Part shown: positions 1 to 10,752 of the stretch, piece by piece | Layout of the letters: the number at the start of each line of letters is the position of its first letter | Position numbering within the stretch: position 1 is the first letter of the stretch | Assembly: GCA_023334545.1 (NCBI GenBank) | Contig: JAADVB010000052.1 | Location: 1 to 64,000, forward strand | Origin: Salisapilia sapeloensis CBS 127946 | Lineage: Eukaryota; Protista; Oomycota | Direction of reading: 5' to 3' | DNA: 64,000 nt | Notes under the pieces: model-generated | What the model was told of the DNA's origin: nothing | Seen by the model: the letters and a program-made list of their open reading frames with translations, nothing else | The model's database searches: none | Position numbers and translations under genes: made by a program

Positions 1-1026
1 AACATGTTGAAGCACTGCTCGACTGGGTTCATTGCTCTCTACCTGCACATAATGAAGGAAAGGCTTAGTGAAAAGTGGGATAGCATCTTTAAGGGCACCA
101 AGCAAAGCTCAAGCTTGGGCTATGCAAAGAATGGAGTAAAACGACATATTTCTGTATTAGCATGCGCAAGGCAGATCAATTCTCCACAACATTTTCATTC
201 GCTCTATAGATTGCATGATAGCAGCATACACAAAGCTTTTTTATAAATAGCTGCTTGGACTGCTGTTTCTTAGCAAATTAGAGTAAGCCTTCTGTACGAT
301 TGAGCGAATACGGGTAAATCAAGGATGCTGAAAAGCTTTCACATGCTAATACCTGTCGATCATGTACAGTGATGTCAAAAGCAGGTTTGCTACTCATGCT
401 CTCAGCCCTTCAATAAATATTAATAAGCGTATATTTCCTTTCTTCGGCGCGAGATACTTTAGATGTGCTTTCCACCTTTAGCAATTTGGGAACACGCTGC
501 AATTTTGTGCTGGATCTACGCTAAACTACAATAATGATTCCTTAGGGAAAAACTGGTTTTATCCAGTAGCTATCTGCAGCTCATAAGAAAGCAAACGCAG
601 GTAAAACGAATGCTATCTTTTGCGCAAACAGATTCGAGTCAAGTGGACTCATCATTGCACTCCTACACCTATGCGGATCCCTGAAGTAGCCGAAGTGTTT
701 AGTCTCAGCGCGTCGTCCGTGTTTCGAACAGCTACAACTCTTCGAGGATTTTGTTTATAACATGAGCAAATCGATCTACCGCACAAGTGAAAGTTAGACG
801 CTGTGCAGATATGTGGCGACGCTCCCTTCTTCCCAAGGTTCCATGGCTGATTTTTGTCCTTGTGAAGCGATCATCTTCCTAAAGTGTACTCTTGCATTTA
901 GAAATCAACCCTCTCCGTTCCCAATCGTTCGGCATTGACCAAACGCTCGTTTGCCTCTTCAAGGTATCTCCTGTAATGTATCTCCGTATTCTTCCTAGGT
1001 GAATTAACCCGTACTGTGCGTGGTGA

Positions 1027-2630
1027 ATGCATAGTGTGCAAGTGGACAACCCTTACTCTGGAGAAGTCTTTTGCGAGTACGCGTACGACAGCGCTGCGGA
1101 TGCGCATGCCAAGGTGGACGCGGCCATGAAAGCTCAACGTGACTGGAAGCATGCTACATTGGCTGATCGTCAGAACCTGTGCTTGAAATGGACAGAGGTT
1201 TTAAAAAGCAATGCGGAAGACATTGCCGTGGAGATATCTGGCCAGATGGGCAAACCTGTCCAGCAAGCTCGGAACGAAATCAACGCTACTATCGATCGAA
1301 CGAACGTAATGGTGGAGCTGTCCGAGGAAGCGCTGAAAACAGATAAGTTTCCAGAGAAGGACGGCCTCTTCCGTCAGATTACGCACGACCCGGTCGGCCT
1401 CGTCTACGTCATTGCTCCTTGGAACTACCCCCTCATGACAGCAGTCAACTGCGTCATTCCGTCGGTGCTTGCTGGTGCGCACTCCATTACATTTGCTCTT
1501 TAGTAATTGTAGCTAAAAGTGCATGCAGGAAACGCCGTGATGCTAAAGCATTCGCCTCGTACCCCTCTCTGTGGTGACCATTTCCAAAGGACATTCGAAG
1601 AGGCCGGCTTCCCAAAGAACCTGCTCTTGTCTTCTCTCGTGGAGCATGATACCGCCTCTGAGATCATCCAGCGCCCGGAAACCGGTTTTGTCTCGTTCAC
1701 AGGATCTGTTCGAGGGTACATTTATCTTTACTGAAGACAAAGGGATGCATGTATAACTATTTGTCATGGTAGCGGACGTCAAGTACAGCAAACTGCATCC
1801 AACCGGTCCATGGACATGACCCTCGAACTCGGCGGCAATGTACCTGTATGTCCTTCAAGTGTTGTATCCTCCACTAAACCCCAATCTAGGATGCTGGGTA
1901 CGTGGCTTCGGACGCAGACCCGAAAGCAGCAGCGGAAGGCCTTGTCGATGGCGTATGCTACAACGCCGGTCAATCCTGCTGCGGAGTCGAGCGCATATAC
2001 GTACACGAAGCCAATTACGATGCGTTCTTGGAAGAAGCCACGAAGCTCTTTGACGCGTACCAAATGGGCGATCCTTCGGACTCGGCAACGTCCATCGGTC
2101 CAATGGCTTTGCCGACTGCACCTGCAAGCCTCGACCAGCACGTCCAGGACGCTCTTGCCAAGGGAGCTCAGCAACTGAGCGGTAACGTGGGTGCCACGAC
2201 AGATGCCAATGGCAAGGGACGATTCTACTCGCCGACGCTTCTTGGGAACTGCAACAGCTCGATGGACATCATGAACGACGAGTCCTTTGGCCCGATCGTC
2301 GGTGTCCAGAAAGTTTCGTCCGATGAAGAAGCAGTCAAGTTGATCAACGACAGTCGCTACGGACTCACTGCAGCCGTCTTTACGGCAGACCGAGACCGTG
2401 CAATGCGAATGGGAAGCCAGATCAGTGCCGGCACTGTCTTCATGAACCGCTGTGACTTCTTGGACCCTTACCTGCCGTGGAGTGGCCACCGTGACTCTGG
2501 CAACGGAGCCAGTCTGTCCAAGTACGGCTTCCGTGGCGTCACCAAGCTCAAATCTGTACGTACACTATCCTTTATACTCGATATCTTCATACTCACTTTG
2601 TGGTGCTTGCAGTGGAACTTTCGCGTGTAG
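1027..2630 (+). CDS. Aldehyde dehydrogenase (ALDH_EDX86601-like subfamily), about 5 exons
   Basis: Motifs VIAPWNYP, FTGS, LELGGN|DAGYV, catalytic YNAGQSCCGVERIYV, EESFGP-like NDESFGP and MNRCDFLDPYLPWSG. GT-AG introns near 1476, 1715, 1828 and 2558 join ORFs 1027-1503, 1519-1734 and 1902-2630. Confidence 0.93.
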
Positions 2631-2795
2631 AAAGGAGAGATAAGGCAACCGCCAATCCACCGATCTTTTCCCGTTTCTACATCTTGTCTTTGTACTCTTT
2701 AAAGCCTTTCTATCTCCTATAAAAAGTCTTTTGTTTTGTAAAAAGCTTCTCGTTGTATTGCTTAGAAGCTCTCAATGTCTTTGGTAAACGCAAGT

Positions 2796-3644
2796 CTACA
2801 CCTCCGTCGGACCTCCGAAAGGATCTACGTGGTCTTCGCTCGTCACGTACCCAGCCGTGATGCCACCGTCCACAACAAAGTCCGTGCCGGTGACGTATGA
2901 AGCGTCGTCACTGGCAAGGAACAAGGCAGCCTTGGCCATCTCCGCTGCGTTGCCGAAGCGGCCCATGGGTACGTGAACCAGTCGGCGCTGCTTCTTCTCG
3001 TCCGTATCCAAGAACTTTTGCAAGAGCTCCGTGTTCAACGGTCCAGGACACAAAGCATTGACACGAATGTTCTCTCGCGCATGGAGGACGGCAAGCTCTC
3101 TCGAAAGCGACAGGACCGCTCCCTTGCTGGCCGTGTACGCCAGTTGAGGAGTCGCGGCACCCAACAAACTCACAAAGGACGCCGTGTTGATGATGGAGCC
3201 TCCGCCAGCTCGACGCATGGCCGGAACTCCGTACTTGCATCCGAAGAAGACGCCCTTGACGTTGACGTCCATGGTCAAATCCCAGATCTTTTCATCCGTC
3301 GACACAGCGTCGTCGTCGTCCGAATGCATCAGCCCAGCGTTGTTGAACATGACGGACATCTTACCAAACTCTTTTTCCGCTACTTGCACCATCTTCTCAC
3401 AGTCGTCCTGCTTGGACACATCCACCTTGAGCGGAAGCGCCACCGTGTCGGAGATGCCGAGGCTCTTCAACTCATCCTGGATGAGCTGCGCCGTCTCGGT
3501 GGCAGCAGCTTCGTTCAGGTCGGCACACACGACGCCCTTGGCGCCTTGCTTTGCAAAGAGGATAGCGGACTTCCTTCCGATGCCTCCCGCGGCGCCAGTG
3601 ACGACGGCGACCTGGCCAGCTAGTCTGCTTCCCAATGCACTCAT
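2796..3644 (-). CDS. Classical short-chain dehydrogenase/reductase (SDR)
   Basis: TGAAGGIG Rossmann motif, NNAG, catalytic S and YTASK, NALCPG, VDGG. Intronless, 282 aa. Confidence 0.95.
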   Translation of the reverse strand: MSALGSRLAGQVAVVTGAAGGIGRKSAILFAKQGAKGVVCADLNEAAATETAQLIQDELKSLGISDTVALPLKVDVSKQDDCEKMVQVAEKEFGKMSVMFNNAGLMHSDDDDAVSTDEKIWDLTMDVNVKGVFFGCKYGVPAMRRAGGGSIINTASFVSLLGAATPQLAYTASKGAVLSLSRELAVLHARENIRVNALCPGPLNTELLQKFLDTDEKKQRRLVHVPMGRFGNAAEMAKAALFLASDDASYVTGTDFVVDGGITAGYVTSEDHVDPFGGPTEV

Positions 3645-3895
3645 CTTTTCTCTCTCTTGTCGATTTCAAAGTGAGGCTCTTCGATCTTTACCCAGATCTG
3701 CGTACAGCCACTTCATACATCCACTTTATCCGTGCCGCATTGCCACATCTGGCCCTCATTGCCGATCGGTCATTACATCACGAATGCTCGTTCGCTCCAT
3801 CAACAGACTCGCAGCTCGAACTCCACATATCATGGCCGCATCAAGTAAAAACGATACACCTTCCGTAAAGCTTCTTCTATCCTGATCGAAAAGCA

Positions 3896-5082
3896 ATGGT
3901 AGACAACGCAAAAGCTGCTTTCTCCACGCAAGACGTGGCGGAGGCGAGGGACGTCCCAGCCGTGTCATTCCAAGACCTCGCCAACCGAGCCGATGTCACC
4001 GACGCCATCGAACGCGCCTTTGGATATGATGGCATGGGCATTCTAGCCGTAAGCAACGTCCCTGGCCTAGACCCTCGTCGGGACTCGCTTTTACCTCTAG
4101 CATTCCAGTACGTACACTCCACGACTGCTCCTTGCTACCTCCAAAAGACTCACCGGCCCAATCTAGGTTCGCCAACCTGCCGGAAGACGTCAAGAAACAG
4201 TACGAGCTACCGGAAGCATACTATAGCTTTGGATGGAGCCACGGCAAGGAGAACCTCCAGGGCAAACCGGATTTTTCCAAGGGATCGTACTACAACAACC
4301 CGGAAGAGAACGATCCTTCTAAAGGCAACCAAGAACTCGTTCAAAAGTATCCTGCGACCTACCATCCGAATATCTGGCCAAAGGAAGTGCCTCAGATGGA
4401 GGCTGCGTTCCTCGAGCTAGGGAAACTCATTGTCGATTGCGGTATCCTCGTGTCGGAGCAGTGCGATCGACTGGTCGAGAAGCAGTCTCCCGATTACGAA
4501 AAAGGAAAGCTGCAGCGTATCATTTCCACGAGCAAGGTCGCCAAGGCCAGACTGCTGCACTACTTTGAGATGTCGGAGGACGACATCCAGACGCAGCAGG
4601 ACGCACAACAGTCACTGGAAGAGTCCTTCTCCTGGTGCGGATGGCACAACGACCACGGAGCGCTCACAGGACTAGTGCAAGCCATGTACATGGACTCGGA
4701 CGGGAAGCCGACGACGAATCCAGACCCTGCCGCTGGGCTCTACGTCAAGAACCGTCAAGGAGAAATTTTACGCGCCAACATCCCGACCAACCACCTCATC
4801 TTCCAAATCGGAGAAGCCGCGCAAGTGCTTTCGGGAGGCGTGCTCCAGGCGACGCCCCATGCTGTCCGAGGCCCTCGTGTGCCTGGCGTCAACCGAGAAA
4901 CGCTGGCTGTCTTTATGCAGCCCAAGCCAGAGGAAGCAATGCACGTCCCGAGCGGAATTGATCCGGAAGTTGCTGGCCAGACGAAAAACCTGCCGATCGG
5001 AGTCCCGCCGCTCCTCCAGCGGTGGAATAATAAGCAGAACTTTGATGACTTTGTGCAGGCAACACTAAAGGCTTACTACTAA
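3896..5082 (+). CDS. 2-oxoglutarate/Fe(II)-dependent dioxygenase (IPNS-like), 2 exons
   Basis: WCGWHNDHG (HxD), TPHAVRGP (distal His) and RETLAVF. An intron at about 4108-4166 joins ORFs 3896 and 4132. Confidence 0.88.
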
Positions 5083-5114
5083 GCTAAGCTAAGCTGGAGA
5101 CAAAGGTGAACAGT

Positions 5115-5606
5115 CTATTCGAAAGAGTAGCTCATGACTAGTGCAGACGGAGGATCTAGTCGCCGATAATAGTTGTCTAATCGAGCTGATTCTTGGAAAC
5201 CCATGCTTTGGTAAAATGCAATGCCGTCCTCGTTCGCTGTGTGTACATGCAGTGTGCACTTCTTAGCTCCAAGTCCTTGGGTCTCCTGTAGGAAACGCAC
5301 TCGATCTAGCACATGCTGCACTAGCTGTCGTCCGATTCCTTGTCGACGACATGCAGCAGCCACGGCGAGCGTACGGATGCAGACGGACTGCATGGGGGCC
5401 TCAAAATCAGCGATGATCCCACCAACTACTCGAGCGTTTTCTTCTGATAGGTGATTCTCGTCAAATTCAAGCACAGCGAAAGAAAACGGACCCTTCTCGG
5501 CCTTTTTGTAGCAAGAGAGTGGTGGCTGGACAGGCAGCACACCGAGGTTTAATCTCTTTACTGCGTTCGTGAGTCTTCCATCTCCCTCTAGTGGCCGTAC
5601 TTCCAT
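5115..5606 (-). CDS. GNAT acetyltransferase, NAA50-like
   Basis: Acetyl-CoA motif RRQGIG, LHVHTANEDGIAFYQSMGF, and C-terminal NYYRRLDPPSA resembling NAA50. Confidence 0.8.
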   Translation of the reverse strand: MEVRPLEGDGRLTNAVKRLNLGVLPVQPPLSCYKKAEKGPFSFAVLEFDENHLSEENARVVGGIIADFEAPMQSVCIRTLAVAAACRRQGIGRQLVQHVLDRVRFLQETQGLGAKKCTLHVHTANEDGIAFYQSMGFQESARLDNYYRRLDPPSALVMSYSFE

Positions 5607-6816
5607 TCCGCCACCGCTCGTAATGTAATTAGTCGAGGTAAGCAGACCTCGAGGTCTTCTGGAGGCTTTTAAGGACGATTAGCGCGATGATTGGTGGGCT
5701 GACCGTACCTGAGTAGGATTTCCAGCTGTTTTGATGTCGATTCAGTATACGTGACCCACACGAAGCAAGCGTCCGCTCTTTGGCAAATATATGCCTCTTC
5801 CGATGCCCATTTCCGATATCTATTGCGACCCATGGAATCACCAGGTCAAGCAATGCTTCTTGCTCTACTCGAAACAAGAAAACGTGCTATTGAAAGCTAG
5901 AACTTCAAGCATGACCATCCCCATCTCTTCCGGCAACGTCGCCTTCGGTTCCACGTAGGCGACAACGGAGCTTTCCCGGACATTGCCGCCACAGTCATTG
6001 TATACACTGTGGAGTGATCTTCTTATTGCTCACAAGAGGCATGTAGTAAGCTAGTTAATTTGGAAGCCCAAGTATAAGCGCTAATTGTCCTTAATGAAGG
6101 ATTCCTCGACTTCATGGGTACCATTTACGACTTGGAGGTATGGGCAATCGAGTATCTAGCTGGAGTCATCATCAAGATATTGTGAACACGAAATCGAAGG
6201 TATTCGCAGACAGGAGAGGAGGCAGAGGATAAGACTTCTATGGCGGGAGGCACTGCATGTCGGCTGGTGGGTGACTTGTTCTAAAATGGCTGCGAGATAG
6301 ACGGGTAAAGATAGCGGAAGCTATCCGGATCTACTCGCAGTGCAGATGCTGCGCAGGACGAGGCCTCCACATGCTTGATCTGGAGCGATTTCAAACGGAG
6401 AGTAACTCCTATCCGCTGAAAATTTGTTGACTGATCCACAACTTCCCGATAGAACACTCTCTTGAAGTGTACTTCGGCCCCATGACCATCGCGCCCGGCG
6501 TCCCTTTCGCTCCGCGTCAGACAGTAGAGTAGGTATCCAGTAGAGCGGGTACTGAGCCTAGCCCACGGCTAAGAAAATCCATGTTCAAAATTCTATTCTT
6601 TCGGAAGAACCGTAACGGTTATTTGTTACTAGTATCGTCAGGTCAACAGCTTTGAAAAGCTTTTGCCTTCTCTGCCGAAGCCAGCTCTCCATACTTGCCC
6701 ATTTTCCACCTGCAGAAGACCAGTCCGAGGCAGTAATACTTTCCCCAATTCCGCCCAGAAGAGTTTAGAACAAGCTCACTATATCACACAGAGCGAGGAA
6801 ATAAAATTTTGCTGGC

Positions 6817-9800
6817 ATGGGCAATTGCTGCTCGACTGAATCTACCAGCACTGTCCCGAGGCCGTCTGTGCCACGCGCAAAGGTAGATAATGGCAGCACG
6901 CCGAAGGATACGCCGGTCGCAGCCGACGTTCCTCGCGAAGTTACGCCAGAGACGCCTGGAGAAGACGCACTAAGCACGCACTCGTCTCCAACAGAGGCAC
7001 CTGATACCACATATTCCGTACAGATTGGTGATTACAACCTCCGGTACTCGTTCTACTCCAAACGAGGCTTTTATCCAGAAGGTACGCTTCCATCATATTG
7101 ATATTGACGTCGTGTCCGGCAATGTGCTAACGTAAGTATCCTGCAGCACGCAAGAAAGCAAACCAGGACAGCTACTATTGCGAAACTCACTTTGCGGGGG
7201 ACGAAGAGAAGGCCTTCTTTGCTGTATTTGACGGCCATGGACAGTATGGAGACGTTTGCTCCCAATTTGCCGCGGAGAATCTGCCAGAGTATCTCGCCAG
7301 TCATCTCGAGTCGAACACAAGCCTCATTCCGGCACTCACGCAAGCTCACCTCGAGACTAACACTTCCATGCACGATGCTGGCTTTGATGACACAATGAGC
7401 GGCACGACGTCTATTTCAGTACTCTTTGTCGGCAACGAAATCCACATTGCTAACGTCGGTGACTCTCGAGCCATCATCGCACAAGAAAACTTGAAAGCCA
7501 GTGACCCGGACGAGCAAGGGAAGCTTATTGCGAAGCCTCTGTCCATTGACCAGACTCCTTTCCGTAGAGATGAGCGCCAACGTGTTCGCAAGTGCGGTGC
7601 TCGTATCCTCACGGTGGACCAGTTAGAGGGTTTGGAGCCCATCCACGACAACTGGGGATTGTCGCTAGGAGAAGAGATTGACGAGAATGGCGATCCGCCC
7701 AGGATCTGGCATCCCTACGGCCAGTACCCGGGTACGGCCTTCAGTCGCAGTATAGGTGACTACGTGTCGGAGGAATTGGGCGTCGTTGCAGAGCCAGAGA
7801 TATTGTGCAAGACACTGAGTCCACACGACCGATTCATTGTCATCGCATCGGACGGTGTGTTTGAGTTTTTGACGAGCCAAGACGTGGTGGACTTTGTTAG
7901 CAAGTATGAAGATCCGTCGGACGCGTGCTTGGCACTTGCAGAAGAAGCATATAGCAGATGGCTGCAATTCGAGCCAAGAACGGACGACATTACGGTCATT
8001 TGTATCTATTTGGATGGTCTCCAGGCCAACTTAAAGCGTCCGAGTGGCGGTGGCAGAGGCAGCATCTACGTCGGCGGAGAAGTTCTTGATATGCAGTCCA
8101 TGCAACGTCCCGTACGTGGCCACGGCGGTAGAGAATACGGCCGTCGGAACACGATTGTAAGCGCCGATGCGATTCGACTGTCGCTTACGGAAGGCCTATT
8201 TGATGAAGACGATCCGTCGCTAGTACAAGACCTGCCGACAGACCTAGGTGAAAAGGACGAGGACACGATGCGGTGGATTAAGGAGAGCATTCAGGATAAC
8301 TTTTTGTTTAACAAGCTCAGTGACGACAAAATCCACGAAGTGATTGCGCTACTCAAGATGGAGGATGTACCAAAGGGTTCTGTCGTGCTTCGTCAGGGAG
8401 CACCAAGCAGCACCTTCTACCTCGTTGAAAGTGGAAAGCTTGAGATGCGACAGCTATCTCAGGAGAAATCTGTCCCGTCGGCCGAGAGCGTCGATCCGGA
8501 ACAGTTTGGAGATTTGCTGGAAACGCTGGAAGTGGAGGAAGGCAAGCACCCGACGTTTGGAGAGATGGGACTTGTGTACGCCAAGCCCCATGATTCGACT
8601 GTCGTGGCCACGGAAGACAGCGTCGTCTGGGCGCTGGACAGGACCGGCTTCCGCTCCGTTCTGATGCGAGGACGCCCCATGCGAGACGTTGTTCATCGTC
8701 TGCGTAAAATTAGTCTCCTGCGTCCGCTCACTATTGCTCAGACGAACCTAGTGGCAGAGATCATGGAACCTGCATCCTTTGAAGCCGGCGCGGTGGTCTT
8801 GCAGGAAGGTATGACCGAGCCTGGCTTTTTCCTAATTACCAAGGGCAAGGTAGAACTCTCGTCTAGCCACGAAGGATCCGAGACCACGCTGCTGCAAGAC
8901 TTTGACTACTTTGGTGAGCTGGCGTTGGTGCGTCGTCGATCCATTAGTCAGCGCACCATTCGCGCTCTAGAGGACACTGAGTGTCTGTTCATCTCACGCC
9001 AGACGCTGGAGCACAGTGTCGGTCGCCTATCGACTATACTAGAAAAAGATAAGAACCGACGTGTGCGGAAAGACAGGCTAGCCGAGTCGAGGCAGAATGC
9101 TCCTCCGAATGGATTTGTCAAGTTTGAAAGTGAAGAAGAAAGTGTAAGCGTACCGACCGCTTTAGACGATTTGGAAGTGGTCGGAACGCTCTCTTCCGAT
9201 CCTACGAATACGGTCCGGTTGGTTCGAGTCAAGAATGGGTCGTCTCCGAAGCTGATGACCTTGCGCTCTGCGAGCAAACAGGCGATTGTGGACTCGAGCC
9301 TCGAAAAGCATGTGATCGGAGAGAGAGACATTTATATTTCCTTGTACGATAAAAATGCCTTGGTGCCCCACGTGGCTGGTTTGGCGGTGAGCGACTCGGA
9401 CCTGCATCTGCTCTACGACACACCCGTCGTGGGCTCACTCGAAAGCTTCCTCAACGAAGAGCGTCATACAGAAACGTTCGTCCGGTTCTACGCTGCACAA
9501 GTTGTTCTCGCGCTCGAATTCTTGCACTCGGAGGGCATTGTGTCTCGAACTCTGGATCCGACGAACCTGATGATCGACCGCAGCGGCAACATCTGCATGC
9601 TCAACCTACGCTTGTCCAAGTACGTTGGCAGAGGTCGCACGTACACTGTGTGCGGAACACCCGAGTACATGGCACCCGAGCAGATTACTGGTGAAGGTCA
9701 CAATATTGCTGCCGACTATTGGGCACTTGGCGTCCTCATCTACGAACTTCTCTGTGGTCACACGCCATTCTCACCAGACAAGGAAGAGGACATTGAGATG

Positions 9801-10205
9801 CTGAATCGCATCACTTCGTTCGATCCGGAAGAGATGCACTGGCCGGAGAACACGAGCAAGGAACTGCAGGACATTGTGAAGAAGCTCTTGAAACCCAACT
9901 TTCTCGAACGCTTCGGCTTCCGCAACACCAAGGCCAATTCATCTCAGGGCGTGTGTCAAGCGATTAAGCGACACCCGTTCTTTGCCGGCACTTCGTGGGA
10001 AGCGACGATGCGCGGAAAGTTTGCGGTATGCCTTATTTTCCACTCCGTAGTCCAATATCCAATCTGACATTAAATGTAATAGGCTCCTCTCGAGGCGGAA
10101 GCTGCTGCGCTATTCAAGGACATTACGAGCGAGGAGCAGAGCAACCAAGACCTGGACATTGGTCCGCCATACACGGACGATTCGGCGTGGCTGAACGGAT
10201 TTTAG
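6817..10205 (+). CDS. PP2C phosphatase + two cNMP-binding domains + AGC-type (pseudo)kinase fusion protein, 3 exons
   Basis: N-terminal MGNCCS. PP2C motifs FAVFDGHG, NVGDSR, IASDGVFEFL and TDDIT. Two CAP-like domains (FGEMGL, YFGELAL) and kinase lobe CGTPEYMAPE/DYWALG. Introns at about 7082-7146 and 10026-10082. Confidence 0.9.
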
Positions 10206-10752
10206 GCGTCCGTATCCCGTTGCATTTTTTTTGAAAATTGATTTTTGCATTTTGCCGAGGCTTGAAGCACGTGAAGAGAGTTTTCATAGTGTAATACAAT
10301 GCAGGAAATGAAAGTCCTGGCCGTATAACGAGATCGTTCATGCGTACAGTAGGTGGATAAATTTTCATCCTAGCTTCAATACTAACTTCTGTAGTTCAGA
10401 TTTTACCTCCAGAGCGTAGTTTGGCGGTGACCTTTTCGATTGAAAATGCAGCTACTTCGTCCGCAACAGACTAGTCAAGTGGAAAGTCAAAACCACCGAT
10501 AGCAATGCCCATCGGTTAGTTCGAAGAGCTTCACAATTATATTTGTTCGTGCTCGTATCCGAAGTTTCTACCAATTTAAAATCGAATGCAGCATTTCCTC
10601 ATTGACTCTATATTGCAGATACCTGTGTATACACTGCTCTGGTAAGTAAAGGCAACCCACTTGATCCTGGAGTGTAGCAGGAAGCAATTGAAATCATCCT
10701 GTATTGTGCTTACCATACGACACTTGACTACTTTACCCGGTTATTCTGGCAC

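Noticed and set aside
1-1026. AT-richer stretch with short ORFs (4-246 +, 898-1152 -) and some splice-like signals
   Set aside because: No consistent exon chain or recognisable protein could be assembled. It may hold part of a divergent multi-exon gene.
5629-6760. About 1.1 kb with fragmentary reading frames, including ORF 5629-5877 (-)
   Set aside because: Coding-like fragments occur on both strands, but no convincing spliced model or family emerged. It needs RNA-seq.
10206-10752. Intergenic segment with GT-AG-like signals on both strands
   Set aside because: Possible spliced products are only about 25 aa with no homology cues. They are probably UTR or chance signals.
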